NCBI GenBank assembly: GCA_951406725.2
Contig: OX597830.1
Span: 76,074,001-76,138,000, forward strand
Direction of reading: 5' to 3'
Length of the DNA stretch: 64,000 nucleotides
DNA from: Octopus vulgaris
Lineage: Eukaryota
In this document: positions 14,270-28,201 of the stretch, in pieces
How the letters are laid out: each line of letters starts with the position of its first letter
Position numbering within the stretch: position 1 is the stretch's first letter
Position numbers and translations under genes: made by a program
The notes under the pieces: generated by a model
Seen by the model: the letters and a program-made list of their open reading frames with translations, nothing else
What the model was told of the DNA's origin: nothing
Database searches by the model: none

Positions 14270-14473
14270 TTGATTTCTTTTAGTCTTCACTGCGGCCATG
14301 CTGGAGCATCGCCTTTAGTCGAACAATTCGACCCTAGGACTTATTCTTTGTAAGCCTAGTACTTTTTCTATCGGTATCTTTTGCCGAACCGCTAAGTTAC
14401 GGGGACGTAAACACACCAGCATCGGTTGTCAAGCGATGATGGGCGGACAAATGCAGAGACACACACATACATG

Positions 14474-14534
<61 letters not shown>

Positions 14535-14705
14535 TATATACACGACGGGCTTCTTTCAGTTTACGTCTACCAAATCCACTCACAAGGCTTTGGTCGGCCA
14601 GATGCTTTAGTAGAAGACACCTACCCAAACTGCCAAACAGTGGGACTGAACCCGGAACCATGTGGTTGGTAAGCAAGCTACTTATCACACAGCCACTCTT
14701 GCGCC
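14270..14705 (-). mobile_element. SINE family B, full length
   Basis: Reverse complement of the 23174-23604 copy, with an internal (CA)n tract. Confidence 0.9.
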
Positions 14706-14947
14706 TAAAAATATATATCTATAGAGGAAGGACGGTATTGGCATGGTTCACCCAAAAACTGAAGAATCTGAGATAAAAAAGAAAGACGTTACACAGAATA
14801 ATGAAAATACGGCAATGGTGTTGCCATGGTGTGCAAACCAGATGGGGAAAGTTTTATCAAAATCGATTCACAGAAAAGCAAGAAATCCTAAATTTCACTC
14901 CTAAGCTACTAACGTGGTTTTGGTGTTTGTGTGTGTGTGTGTGTGTT

Positions 14948-15021
<74 letters not shown>

Positions 15022-15141
15022 TGCACACAAACACATTACACGCACACACACACACACACCTATATATATATTTGCATATATATGTATATACATACATAAT
15101 ACCTAGATACATAAGTGCGTATGTATATATGTATATATATA

Positions 15142-15228
<87 letters not shown>

Positions 15229-15448
15229 CATATAGATATACATGCAAAGACACTCACACACATATATACAGGCATATGTTTGTGGGTGTGTGCATGCGTG
15301 TTGCATATATTTAAAGAAATACATTAAGACGCGCAGTAATATTACACTTAATGAGAATAATGTGGCCAGGATCAAAAGAATGTGTATTTGCGAGCAAGTG
15401 GGTGAATATTTGTCTTTAAGTTTGTGTGAGTGTGCATGTATACATATA

Positions 15449-15530
<82 letters not shown>

Positions 15531-15700
15531 AGAAATGAAGTAAGGACGATTGTGCGTCAGCAAAGAAACTACACGGTACTTGAATCAAATCTTGAACTAA
15601 ATCCCATAGACAGATTGATGTATTTAACACTTTCCTACTTACAGATCAGAAAAGTTAATAGATATATGAAAAAAAAAACAGCCATACGTATGTGTGTATG

Positions 15701-15734
<34 letters not shown>

Positions 15735-16124
15735 TGTATGTATGTATGTATGTATGTATGTATGTATGTATGTATGTATATATGCATTTATATATGTATG
15801 TATATATAATCTTGTATATTTAAGGAATCGGTGTCTTTATAGAGCTTTGAGACGATTGTGATTGCCGCGTAATAGTCGTTTAGATCCTATTAAATACAGA
15901 TTAATATTTCACTAAGTTAAGCGATCTTTTCCTGCTTTCTTTTTTATTGTTTTGCTTTTTTTTAAAATAAAGATTTAACGATTTTGTAAGTAATCTTGAT
16001 TTGAGAAATATTCTAAGAGCTTCCTTCCTTCACAAAGTATTGCGAAGGTCTATAATGAAAAATTAAAAAAGAAACTTGTCGAGAAATGATCAAAAACGAA
16101 TACTGTATATAATAACAAAAATCC

Positions 16125-16465
16125 TTCCTACTATAATAAGCACACGCCCTGAAATTTGTGGAGAGAGACTTCACGGTTACATCGACCCCAGTAGACAACC
16201 ACTACTTATTTAAGAGACCCCAGAAAGGTTAAAATGCAGAGAAAATACTTGACGGAATTTTAACTCTGAAGATAAAGAGGAACTGCAAGCCGCCGAGAAG
16301 CGGCGAGTTGGCAGAATATTTAACGCGTCGGACGATACGTAGCAGTATTTCTTCCGTAGTACTATGTTCTGAGTTCAAATTCCGCTGGAGCCAACTTTCG
16401 GGTTCGGTAAAATAAGACTAGCCTCCACCCATCAAATTTTGGATTATATGCCTATAGTAGAATGA
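16125..16465. mobile_element. two diverged head-to-head SINE family A copies
   Basis: Minus copy 16125-16295 and plus copy 16300-16465 (GGCGAGTTGGCAGAA..GAGTTCAAATTCC). Confidence 0.6.
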
Positions 16466-16466
16466 A

Positions 16467-17175
<709 letters not shown>

Positions 17176-17395
17176 AAGGCGGTGAGCAGACAGAATCGTT
17201 AGAACGCCGGGTGAAGTGCTTAGCAGTATTTCGTCTGTCGCTACGTTCTGAGTTCAAATTCTGCCGATGTCGACTTTGCCTTTCATCCTTTCGAGGTCGT
17301 TAAAATAAGTACCATTTGAGTACTGGGGTCGATATAATTGGCTATCCCCCTCTACCAACTTTCAGGCATTGTGCCTATAGCAGAAAGAACTATCA
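17176..17395 (+). mobile_element. SINE family A, full length with short tail
   Basis: AAGGCGGTGAGCAGACAGAATCGTTAG..GAGTTCAAATTC..GTGCCTATAGCAGAAAGAAC. Confidence 0.85.
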
Positions 17396-17443
17396 TTATT
17401 ATTGTTGTTGTTGTTGCTGTTGCTGCTACTGCTGCTGCTGTTG

Positions 17444-17532
<89 letters not shown>

Positions 17533-17539
17533 CTAAAAG

Positions 17540-18177
17540 ACTCTCGGATAGTTCTTAATTACAGGTTATTCCTTACTTGAAAGTAGGCAACAACAAATCA
17601 CCAAAAGTTTCGAGTAGTGCCTTCTTCTGTGACTCAAAGAGACAAAACTCTCCTTAGAACACGAGCTGTACCCAACATTGCTGTCTTCTGGATCCCCTCG
17701 GGCCTGACAGCAGCTCCAATAGTCTTAATATGTTTTTCAAAGCCCTTGGAAACTGCTGCTAATGGTCCAATAACCACCGGTCTCACCATTACTTTCCTCA
17801 TGCCTCATAACTTTCCTATCTCGTCCCGCTGTGGCTGGTATTTTTCAATCTTTCCTGTTTCCTTACATTCACCCTCGAATCACCTGGTATTGCAAAATCT
17901 ATTATCTTTACTTCTTTCTAATCTTTATGGATGAGCACGATATCTAGTTGTCTCGTCTCTATGTCTTGGTCGCGCATTATACTAAAATCCCACAATATTT
18001 TGTAATGTTCGTTTTCCATTACACCCTCTGTCTTGTGTTCATACCATTGTTCGGCTCTCTGCGGAGGTTTGCTTTACTGCACAACAGCCAGTGGACATAT
18101 ATGGCCACATTTTCGTGTCTCCTTTTGTATTCGCGTTGTGTGAGCTTATTAACAACATGGCTTATATTTTCTCCCTG
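17540..18177 (-). pseudogene. R4/Dong-type non-LTR retrotransposon C-terminal fragment (Zn-knuckle region plus restriction-like endonuclease)
   Basis: Minus strand gives KLTQREYKRRHENVAIYVHWLLC, IIDFAIPGDSRV and IEKYQ..VVIGPLAAVSKGFEKH..IQKTAMLGTARVLRRVL, with frameshifts and stops. Confidence 0.8.
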
Positions 18178-18178
18178 A

Positions 18179-18767
18179 TTATTACCTCCGCCATGGAAGG
18201 AGGTTATGTTTTCATCGTTGGTTTGTCCGTCTGTCCGTCTGTGTTCAAAATAACTCAAAAAGTTGTGAACAGTATTTCAGGAAACTGGCAGAAAAAGTTG
18301 GTAATGACACGAGGAACAGATGGTGAAATTTTGGTAGTGATCCAGGAATTTTTATGGATTCATTTGTTCTATTTACTTTACATTAAGTATTACAATGTTA
18401 CGTTCTTTGATTATCTCCCTTGAAAACACGTTCATCGTTTCCACATAACCTATGGTGGCGTTGCTGTTTCCAAAGTTTATTTTCATTTCTCTATTAGTAA
18501 TTTTACTCACTTATCTATCTTAAAATGAGCTGCTTGGCGGAGGTGTGCGGATGATGACATGGCAAGCCTTGACTATTGGAATCGACTCAAAAATCTCAGG
18601 CTTTGCTCCCTCAACCGCCGCTGTGAAACTAGCTTGCTGTTGTCATTGATGTATTTATGTTTTTGCCAGCGTTGGTTTGGGAAATTGGGTGATTTTCAGC
18701 ATGCGTGTATATGGGTGGAAATAAGCTGCTTGCCAGAGGTCTGCGCTCTCCGAGTGCTTTTCTAGTT
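18179..18767 (+). mobile_element. non-autonomous Helentron-associated (HINE/DINE-1-like) element
   Basis: 5' subterminal ACCTCCGCCA with partial inversion GGAGGT, GTCC/GTCT microsatellite, 3' subterminal CTTG(G/C)C(G/A)GAGGT twice (18533, 18729), hairpin GCGCTC-TCC-GAGTGC, then TTTTCTAGTT. Confidence 0.75.
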
Positions 18768-18946
18768 ATTATTATTATCATTTACGTTGATACTGTGTAT
18801 TGTACGGGCTATTCTATATTTCACTGAGAGACCTTGAGTAACAGCAGGACGTTATTTATGATTGATAATAATTAAATACGATAAATTGAAGGGATAGAGA
18901 CTAGGGTCTGAGAACTGAATTTGAGTTAGTCATTTTGAATCTGTTT

Positions 18947-19345
18947 AGGAGTGGCTGTGTGGTAAGTAGCTTGCTTACGAACCACGTGGTTCCGGGTTCA
19001 GTCCCACTGCGTGGTACCTTGGGCAAGTGTCTTTTACTATAGCCTCGGGCCTACCAAAGCCTTCAGAGTGGATTTGGTAGACGGAAACTGAAAGAAGCCC
19101 ATCGTACATATGTATACATATGTATGTGTGTGTATGCGTTTGTTCACCCCCCCCCCCCCACATCGCTTGACAACCGATGCTGATGTGTCTACGTCCCCGT
19201 AACTTAGCGGTTCGACAAAAATGACCGATAGAATAAGTACTAGGCTTACAAAGAATAAGTCCTGGGGTAGATGTGCTCGACTAAAGGCGGTGCTCCAGCA
19301 TGGGCACAGTCAAATGATTGAAACAAGTAAAGGAGTAAAAGAATA
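18947..19345 (+). mobile_element. SINE family B, full length
   Basis: AGGAGTGGCTGTGTGGTAAG head through GAAACAAGTAAAGGAGTAAAAGA tail. Confidence 0.9.
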
Positions 19346-20472
19346 TTTAAGTTTACAAGGAGTTTTACGAGAATCTGGTATATTTAGGTTGACAATGCTT
19401 TTCTTAAGATATGAACACTACACATGAAAATAATTTTTCTAGCGCTGATGTTTTTGATACCATTATCAGTGAGGCTCAACAATTCGACACCGTGAAAGTG
19501 GAGCACCTTGACAAGACCCTCACAGTAAAATATTTTGTTGTCTCTTGTATGAGCAAGGAATTTTCCACTTGTCTGGCATGACGGATAGTGAGATACTGAA
19601 GATATATTGTGTAGCATCAGAGCTGGACATCTGTCGTCTTAAAAGAAAGTGACATTCCTGAACGTAAAGAAATATAGGCAGGAAACTTGGTCTGGAATAG
19701 GACTGGAGGTTCTACTATAAGTGAACCCAGAAAACCAGGAAAATATTCCGGATTTAATTTAACTGCATGATGAAAGGCAGAAAGCTACGATGCCAACATC
19801 CCGAAACTTTCCTGCAAAAAAGGAAAGCGTAAACGCATCAACTCCTTCCGGCACAACAGATACAACAACAACAACAACAACATTATGAACAACGTACCAC
19901 CTTACAAACAAGAATAGTAACAACAACAGTGGTAACATAAGAAGCAGCGGCACCAATAAGAACAGCAGCAAAACATCACATGACAAGACTAGCAGCAACA
20001 ACAGCGGCAGCCGCAGACTTAAGCAACAGAATTTCTCAGTCCCAAAATAGCATCAAAAGACAAGGCTCTCTCTATTTCAGATGATTCAGATCAAACCTTC
20101 AACGTGGGCAGCAAGGATGAAGAATGGAGAACTGACCCAATATGAAGATGCACTAAAAATATATAATGCAAAAACAAAACATGAAACATGACTGCCCTGA
20201 AAAACGACAGAAAACAAAGCCAGTACTAATTCTACTGTAAATAAACTAAATGCCTCACTTCATGAAGTATAAGGCTCACCAGTTTTAAGATGGGCATCAA
20301 TTTTGGCAAGTTATTTTGCGCACCACTACGCATCGGGAAAAAACGACCTGGTCTTCTCTTAGGTGCGACTTATGTCTTTTGGGGTGAGTGTGTAGGGAAT
20401 GTGCACTTTTATAAGAACTCGAATAATAATGATAACAACAACAACGACAACAACAGCAATAACAATAACAAC

Positions 20473-20537
<65 letters not shown>

Positions 20538-20548
20538 TGATGATGATT

Positions 20549-21095
20549 TATCAGTCAATGTACGCCGCTAGCCCAGAAAGAATATAAGAGAGGTCATGAA
20601 AATATAGCAAAGATTGTCCATTGGAGACTTTTGCATCAAGTATGGACTTTACAGAGCAAAAAAATGGTACGAATATAAACCCGAAGGCATCATCGAAAAT
20701 GATAGTGCAAAGATCTTATGGGATTTTATGATTCAGTGCGACCATGCGATAGAGAATAGAAAACCAGGCATAGTGTTAAGAAAGTAGACGATGCTGGATC
20801 ATAGACATAGCATGCACAGCTGACAAGTTATGCGATAAGGAAGAAAGAAAAGTCGATAAATATGACAGGTTAGCTTGGGAGGTTAAGCAGTTGTGGTCAT
20901 TGAAAAAGATGGTAGTAATACCAATAATTGTCGAAGCCCTGGGAATAGTGAGTAAAAATCTTGAGAAGTATACAGAAGAAATAGGGGCTGCAATAAGGGT
21001 GGAGAACTTGCAGAAAACAGCACTGCTTGGAACCGCTTGAATACTCCTGATGGTGCTTGAAATGTCCGTAATGCACTGATACCTGGACATCCTCG
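20549..21095 (+). pseudogene. second R4/Dong-type fragment (RLE domain)
   Basis: ISQCTPLAQKEYKRGHENIAKIVHW, KWYEYKPEGIIENDSAKILWDFMIQCDHAIENRKP, IIDIAC, KVDKYDRLAWEVKQLW..VIPIIVEALG..LQKTALLGTA. Starts right after (AAT)n at 20425-20547. Confidence 0.85.
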
Positions 21096-21144
21096 TTATT
21101 CATTTGCTTTATACGCACACACGCACATATATATGTGTGTGTAT

Positions 21145-21637
21145 GCATGGGAGGCATGCCTCAGATTGAGATTTGTATGGAAGTCGGACCTTTGTAAAGA
21201 CCTAAAGATCCGTCTCTTCATTGCTACACTGGAGTTTGTCCTGTTGCACGGGTCTGAGACTTGGACACTTACCAAGAAACTCACTCAGACGATAGGAGGG
21301 TGCTACATGAGAATGCTGAGGATAGCTCTGAACATTAATCAGCATACGCTGAAGATGAAGAGCTCAGAACTGTACGAGAGCCTCCGAGTAGTTAGCTCGA
21401 AAATAATACAGAGGGGGATGAGTTTAGCTGGACATGATAATCGTAATTCAGATATGATACTGTACTCAGTAGTCTTGTGGAAGAGCACACACGGATACAC
21501 TGGGATAGGACACCGAGGATGACATATGTTGATGCCCTGAGGACAGACACTGATCTCTGGGAGACAAAGGAGACAGCAGCGATGACGAGGGACAAAGATC
21601 GGTAGAGAGAAACCATGGGTCTCGGGAATTTTGCCCG

Positions 21638-21640
<3 letters not shown>
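21145..21640 (+). pseudogene. RTE-group LINE 3' fragment
   Basis: VWKSDLCKDLKIRLFIATLEFVLLHGSETWTLT..GCYMRMLRIALNI..LAGH matches the RTE post-RT LLYG.ETW region. Confidence 0.8.
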
Positions 21641-21719
<79 letters not shown>

Positions 21720-21970
21720 GTATATAAATATATAATGATATAATGTCTATGTCTACTTCTCCATGACTCTCTCTTTCTCTCTGTATATAAATATGCATAT
21801 CCTTCATGTATACACACATATATACGGATGGAATAGGTAAAAAGTGCATATGAAACCTGTTAGTGAGATTCGCGGCCAGAGGGTAGGTCTGGTACCGACA
21901 CCCGACATAATTCCAAACATATCGCATTGTGACCAGCGACGTGTAGCAACATCTGATAACCTGCTCGGTC

Positions 21971-22019
<49 letters not shown>

Positions 22020-22240
22020 GTTTCTTTTACTCTTTTACTTGTTTCAGTCATTTGACTGCGGCCATGCTGGAGCACCGCCTTTAGTCGAGCAAATCGACCC
22101 CGGGACTTATTCTTTGTAAGCCCAGTACTTATTCTATCGGTCTCTTTTGCCGAACCGCTAAGTGACGGGGACATAAACACACCAGCATCGGTTGTCAAGC
22201 AATGCTAGGGGGACAAACACACACACACAAATACACACAC
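22020..22240 (-). mobile_element. SINE family B 3' half
   Basis: TCTTTTACTCTTTTACTTGTTTCAGTCATTTGACTGCGGCCATGCTGGAGCACCGCC, ending in the internal microsatellite. Confidence 0.85.
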
Positions 22241-22243
22241 ATG

Positions 22244-22275
<32 letters not shown>

Positions 22276-22366
22276 GTTAATCCAAACAAGAAAACACAAA
22301 AAAAACACAACAACGCGAGGACGTGGAACAAAAGTTGTATTATTGGACGGTCAGGAAAGAAGGGAA

Positions 22367-22457
<91 letters not shown>

Positions 22458-22851
22458 GTGTGTGTATATGTATACATACATATTTAAAGATGGTGCGATC
22501 GGATATCGATGGTGGAAATTTGTACTGATTTTGGGAGTCGGGTGGATTCGAGAAAAGTCGATTAATTCTCCTCCAAGACATTAATGGTAAGCTCTCATAC
22601 TTCTGAAATGAGGCGTTTAATGTCTTTTAAAGTAGATTTAGATTGAAGTAAACAGCATTACAACATCTCCGTCTATCGATTTAAGATGCAGATGTGTATG
22701 TACTCGTGTGTTATGTGTATGACTTTATGGTTACATGTATGTGCGTGTGAATGTGGATACACGATTGCATGCATGTGTGCATGTGCGTACGCGTGTATGA
22801 GCGTATGTGTATGCATGTATGTTTATGCATATATATATATATGTATGTATT

Positions 22852-23003
<152 letters not shown>

Positions 23004-23140
23004 TAAATGTGTATGTATGAAAGTGTAATTTACTACGATAAGTTTGGGGTAATTTTTCAGCTTAATGTAAAATTGCTTTTATACAGAACCTGACATAAAT
23101 ACAAACTTTGATAATTATATATTAGTATTTTTATATATAG

Positions 23141-23173
<33 letters not shown>

Positions 23174-23344
23174 GGTGCAGGAGTGGCTGTGTGGTAAGTA
23201 GCTTGCTAACCAACCACATGGTTCCGGGTTCAGTCCCACTGCGTGGCATCTTGGGCAAGTGTCTTCTGCTATGGCCCCGGGCCGACCAATGCCTTGTGAG
23301 TGGATTTGGTAGACGGAAACTGAAAGAAGCCTGTCGTATATATG

Positions 23345-23385
<41 letters not shown>

Positions 23386-23604
23386 TTGTGTGTCTGTGTT
23401 TGTCCCCCTAGCATTGCTTGACAACCGATGCTGGTGTGTTTACGTCCCCGTCACTTAGCGGTTCGGCAAAAGAGCCCGATAGAATAAGTACTAGGCTTAC
23501 AAAGAATAAGTCGTGGGATCGATTTGCTCGACTAAAGGCAGTGCTCCAGCATGGCCGCAGTCAAATGACTGAAACAAGTAAAAGAGTAAAAGAGTAAAAG
23601 AGTA
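23174..23604 (+). mobile_element. SINE family B, full length reference copy
   Basis: A-box TGGCTGTGTGG, B-box GGTTCAGTCCC, CORE-like TCTTGGGCAAGTG, internal (TA)n(TG)n and (GTAAAAGA)n tail. Flanked by (TA)n. Confidence 0.9.
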
Positions 23605-24109
23605 TATATATATATGTGTATGTGTATGTGTGTGTGTGTGTAATTATACTACACTCATATAGACATGTTTATGATGTATACATTTATGTATATATGTATG
23701 TATATTTATATATATATATGCATATATATGAATGTATGTGTGTGAGTGTGTGCATGTGAGTGTTTGCACGTGTGCATGCATACATACACACATATATATA
23801 CGTACAAATAATACATCATATCCCTGTATATAATGTCTATTTCTATCTCTCTATGACTCTCTCTTTCTCTCTGTATATAATTATACATATGCATACATGT
23901 ATACACACACATACACAGGTGGAATAGATAAACAGTGCATATGAAACCTGTTAGTGAGATTCGGCACGAGGGCAAGGTCTGGTACCGACTCCCGACATAA
24001 TTCCAAACTCGGATCGTATTCTATAGCTTCAGAACTCTATCCCCTAAACAGGCGCACATCAATTGGAAGGATAGGTTAAGATGAATAACACCAAAAGAAA
24101 AGGATTTTT

Positions 24110-24144
<35 letters not shown>

Positions 24145-24383
24145 ATGGCATTCAAAATTCGTTCTTGAAGTTGTGATGACCTCACGCAGAAATAGTTAAC
24201 ACCAGCAGATGCTTTAAAGCAGATGCAGAATTCGATTCCCATAAGCTAGGTTATACATTTTCCGCCTTGCTTGTGCGGACGGGTGCGGTTGTGTAAGTGA
24301 GTGTCTGTACGCCTACATGTATAATTATACGCTTGCCCGTGTACGCCAGTACATTATTTATATATATATGTTTTATATATATA

Positions 24384-24506
<123 letters not shown>

Positions 24507-24545
24507 TTATGTATATATATATGTATATATATATATATACATATA

Positions 24546-24609
<64 letters not shown>

Positions 24610-24638
24610 CGTGTGTGTATGTACCTGTGTTTGAATGA

Positions 24639-24677
<39 letters not shown>

Positions 24678-24683
24678 TATATG

Positions 24684-24737
<54 letters not shown>

Positions 24738-24866
24738 TATATACATACATGCATACATATATACGTTTATATGCATTGGATACATGTGCACAAATATATA
24801 TTTACAAATGATATAAATGCTGATATATGCATATACATAGAACCATCATTAGCGTTTGTATATATG

Positions 24867-24904
<38 letters not shown>

Positions 24905-25229
24905 TGCATGTGTGTGTGTGTTTGTGTGTGTGTGTACAGAGCGTGTGCAAGTGCACTTATACTCATGCATTTAGTGATAGATGACCATCTAAAATGATAT
25001 TATCTTGGAAACGATTCTGTCTCTATGGTAGCAGATAATCAGCAACATTCTCATCTATAAATGTCTTAATTTGAGGAAATCAAAACGCTTTGGGTATTAG
25101 ACATGCGCGGGAAGATAAACACTTCCTCGGCCCTTAATGGGAAACATCGTAGCAAAGACTACAAATCATCTGTGTGTCTCTGTGCAGAGTATGTTTGTAG
25201 ATTTCTATACTTGGCTGTGTGTCTCTCTG

Positions 25230-25645
<416 letters not shown>

Positions 25646-25905
25646 ACTAACTGTTTGTCTGTCTGTATCTATATATATATATGTGTATGTATATGTGTCA
25701 GTACGTGTGTGTGAATGTGTGCCTCTGTGTGTGTGTATATATAGGAGACAGAAAGAGAGTGAGAGAGAGAGTATGTGAGAGAGAGAAGGATAGATAGATA
25801 TACATACATATATGTATATGTATATGCATAACAATAAACATATCTGTGTACATGTGTTCATATATTTGTATACATACAACGTATATACAAATAAATATAT
25901 ATATG

Positions 25906-25946
<41 letters not shown>

Positions 25947-26062
25947 ATATAGTTATTTATATAGTTTATATGCATATATGTATGCGTGTGCATGTGTTTC
26001 TGCGTGTATGCGTGTATCACTCTCTCTCTTTCAATCTATCTATCTATCTATACCTCCCTCCC

Positions 26063-26137
<75 letters not shown>

Positions 26138-26515
26138 CGCCGACATGGCTTTGCTTCCGCCTAGTCTGGGTTTCAGTACCAGTAATTAACATCTTAGGCA
26201 GGTGCTTTTCACTATAGCCTGTGGTCACCCAATTCTTTCTGAATGAATTTGGTAGTCGAAGGTACACTCGCATATATCTTTGTGATTGTTCGTGTGCGCA
26301 CGTATATGCATGTGTGCGTGTTTCTTCGTGTGCTTGTTTTGATGTATAGTTATTCTCAAAATGGTTAAAGATTAATAAAAGCATCACTCCATGCATTTAT
26401 TCAAAAAAAGCAAACAGTTTTTTTTTTTAATAACCTGAGGATATTTTGTAGTGACGTCAGAGTTTCTTCGTCGTTCATCACTCCAAAGGTGCTGTCAACC
26501 TCCCGCTTGCTGTAC

Positions 26516-26571
<56 letters not shown>

Positions 26572-26728
26572 CGCACATACACACGCACGCACGCACATGC
26601 ACACATACTCACGCATACACATATATGTGTGTGTGTTTGTGTGTATGCTCGTGTTTGTGTGTGTGTAAGTATACATATATATTTATATAGCTATGTTTAT
26701 ATAACTATGCATATATATATATATATAT

Positions 26729-27141
26729 GATTGATTGATTGATTGATTGATTCTAGTTTCAGCTTATGAGCTGTGGCCATGCTGGGGCACCGCCATTTGG
26801 TGTTGCTACTTGGTTTCACTTCACGAAAGCTTTCTGGCAACTGCCATTTGGTGCATGAGAGAGTTCGATGCAGCTGCCCTCGTCTGCCCCTCCTGCCGTG
26901 AAGTTGGTTCATCTGGGACACCTGACAGGAAGAGATCCAGCTTCATTTTAAAGACATCTGCATCCACCCCATGCAGGTCTCTCAGGTTCTTCGGGAGGAT
27001 ATTGAAGAGCTGTGGGCCTCGGAAGCCCAGGCTATCACAGAATCTTGTCCTACATCTTGATGGCAAGTTTGGAGTCCTAGGCACCACGCAGTGGCGCCCA
27101 GTTCTGGCATTTGCGTAACTCTCGATGCCAAAGTTCAGGAC

Positions 27142-27145
<4 letters not shown>
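26729..27145 (-). mobile_element. CR1-group LINE 3' end fragment
   Basis: [51 protein letters not shown], then 3' UTR GGCGGTGCCCCAGCATGGCCACAGCTCATAAGCTGAAACTAG(AATC)n. Confidence 0.88.
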
Positions 27146-27196
<51 letters not shown>

Positions 27197-27273
27197 TATG
27201 TATATATATATATTTTAATTGCAGCTGTTTACTCAACATGAAATTGAACACGTATTCTGTATATCTTTAGCTA

Positions 27274-27355
27274 CCTCTGAAGATATTCGACTTCCAAATA
27301 ATTTTTGATTTAATTAATTAATTTACCGAGCATCGGAATTGAAACAGCTGTAAGG
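27274..27355 (+). ncRNA. hammerhead ribozyme motif with extended stem II
   Basis: CCT-CTGAAGA-TATTCGA..(AT-rich)..TCGGAATT-GAAAC-AGCT-GTA-AGG, inside a ~200 bp island (27213-27412) between (TA)n tracts. Confidence 0.7.
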
Positions 27356-27493
27356 GATGTTTGTCAATTTTCCATTAAATAAATAATAATTTATTCATTA
27401 CCTTTCCATTTTCTATATATATATATATATTTATATATATGAAAAAACAAGTCAAAAATAGAAAATGCTAAGATAATTTTATAGTGAATCTTT

Positions 27494-27531
27494 CAGTACC
27501 GGTTTCGGTCATTTTGAGACCTTTTCAACTG
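27494..27531 (-). ncRNA. minimal hammerhead ribozyme of the PLE (U3:A8 core variant)
   Basis: Minus strand CAG-TTGAAAA-GGTC-TCAAAAT-GACC-GAAAC-CG-GTA-CTG, same strand as the PLE ORF. Confidence 0.75.
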
Positions 27532-28201
27532 CAACGATTAAATAATTAAATTTAGAAAAATTAGAAGAAAATTTTTTAAAAATAATATTTCTATAGTAGT
27601 GTTCAGATATAAGTAGCATTCTGTCTTTCTCTGACTCCCTTGTTTGCACTTGTGTGTTCGAGGTCGTTTTGAGTTCTTGGTAGGGTAGGTGAAGAATAAG
27701 GAGGCTGATGTGGAGAGGGGTGGGGAAATCTGGGAATGCCTTGATGGTCGTATTTTGAATGGTCAGTGGCTGACAGTAGTCGCAGTTCAATTCAGGAATT
27801 GTTTATGGAATTTGCGTAGGCGTTATACTGAAAGACATTAGTGACAAGGTTAAGGGGTGGAAGGTGGAGAAGTAGAAGAAGAAGTAGAAGAAGATGACGA
27901 TGTTGATGATGATGATGATGATGAAGAAGAAGAAGAAGAAGAAGAAGAAGAAGAAGAAGAAGAAGAAGAAGAAGAAGGAGAAGGAGAAGATGATGGTGAT
28001 GATGGTGGTGATGATGATGACGACGATGATGATGATAATGATGATGATGAAGAAGAAGAGGAAGAAGAAGAAGAAAAAAACAGAGAAGGGAGAATATGAA
28101 TGGGTGAAAGTATAGCTGTGATGGGGCTGATTAGTAATGGATTCTATGGAGTGTAATATTTGTGTGTGTATATATTTCTTTTATTCTAAAGTTGAGGTAT
28201 A

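Noticed and set aside
23959-23971. ATTCGGCACGAGG resembling a cDNA EcoRI adaptor
   Set aside because: It lies within a genomic duplication whose other copy reads ATTCGCGGCCAGAGGG at the same place, so it is probably coincidence.
27857-28115. Acidic poly-E/D ORF resembling a nuclear protein
   Set aside because: It is a (GAA)/(GAT) array lying antisense within the PLE 3' UTR.
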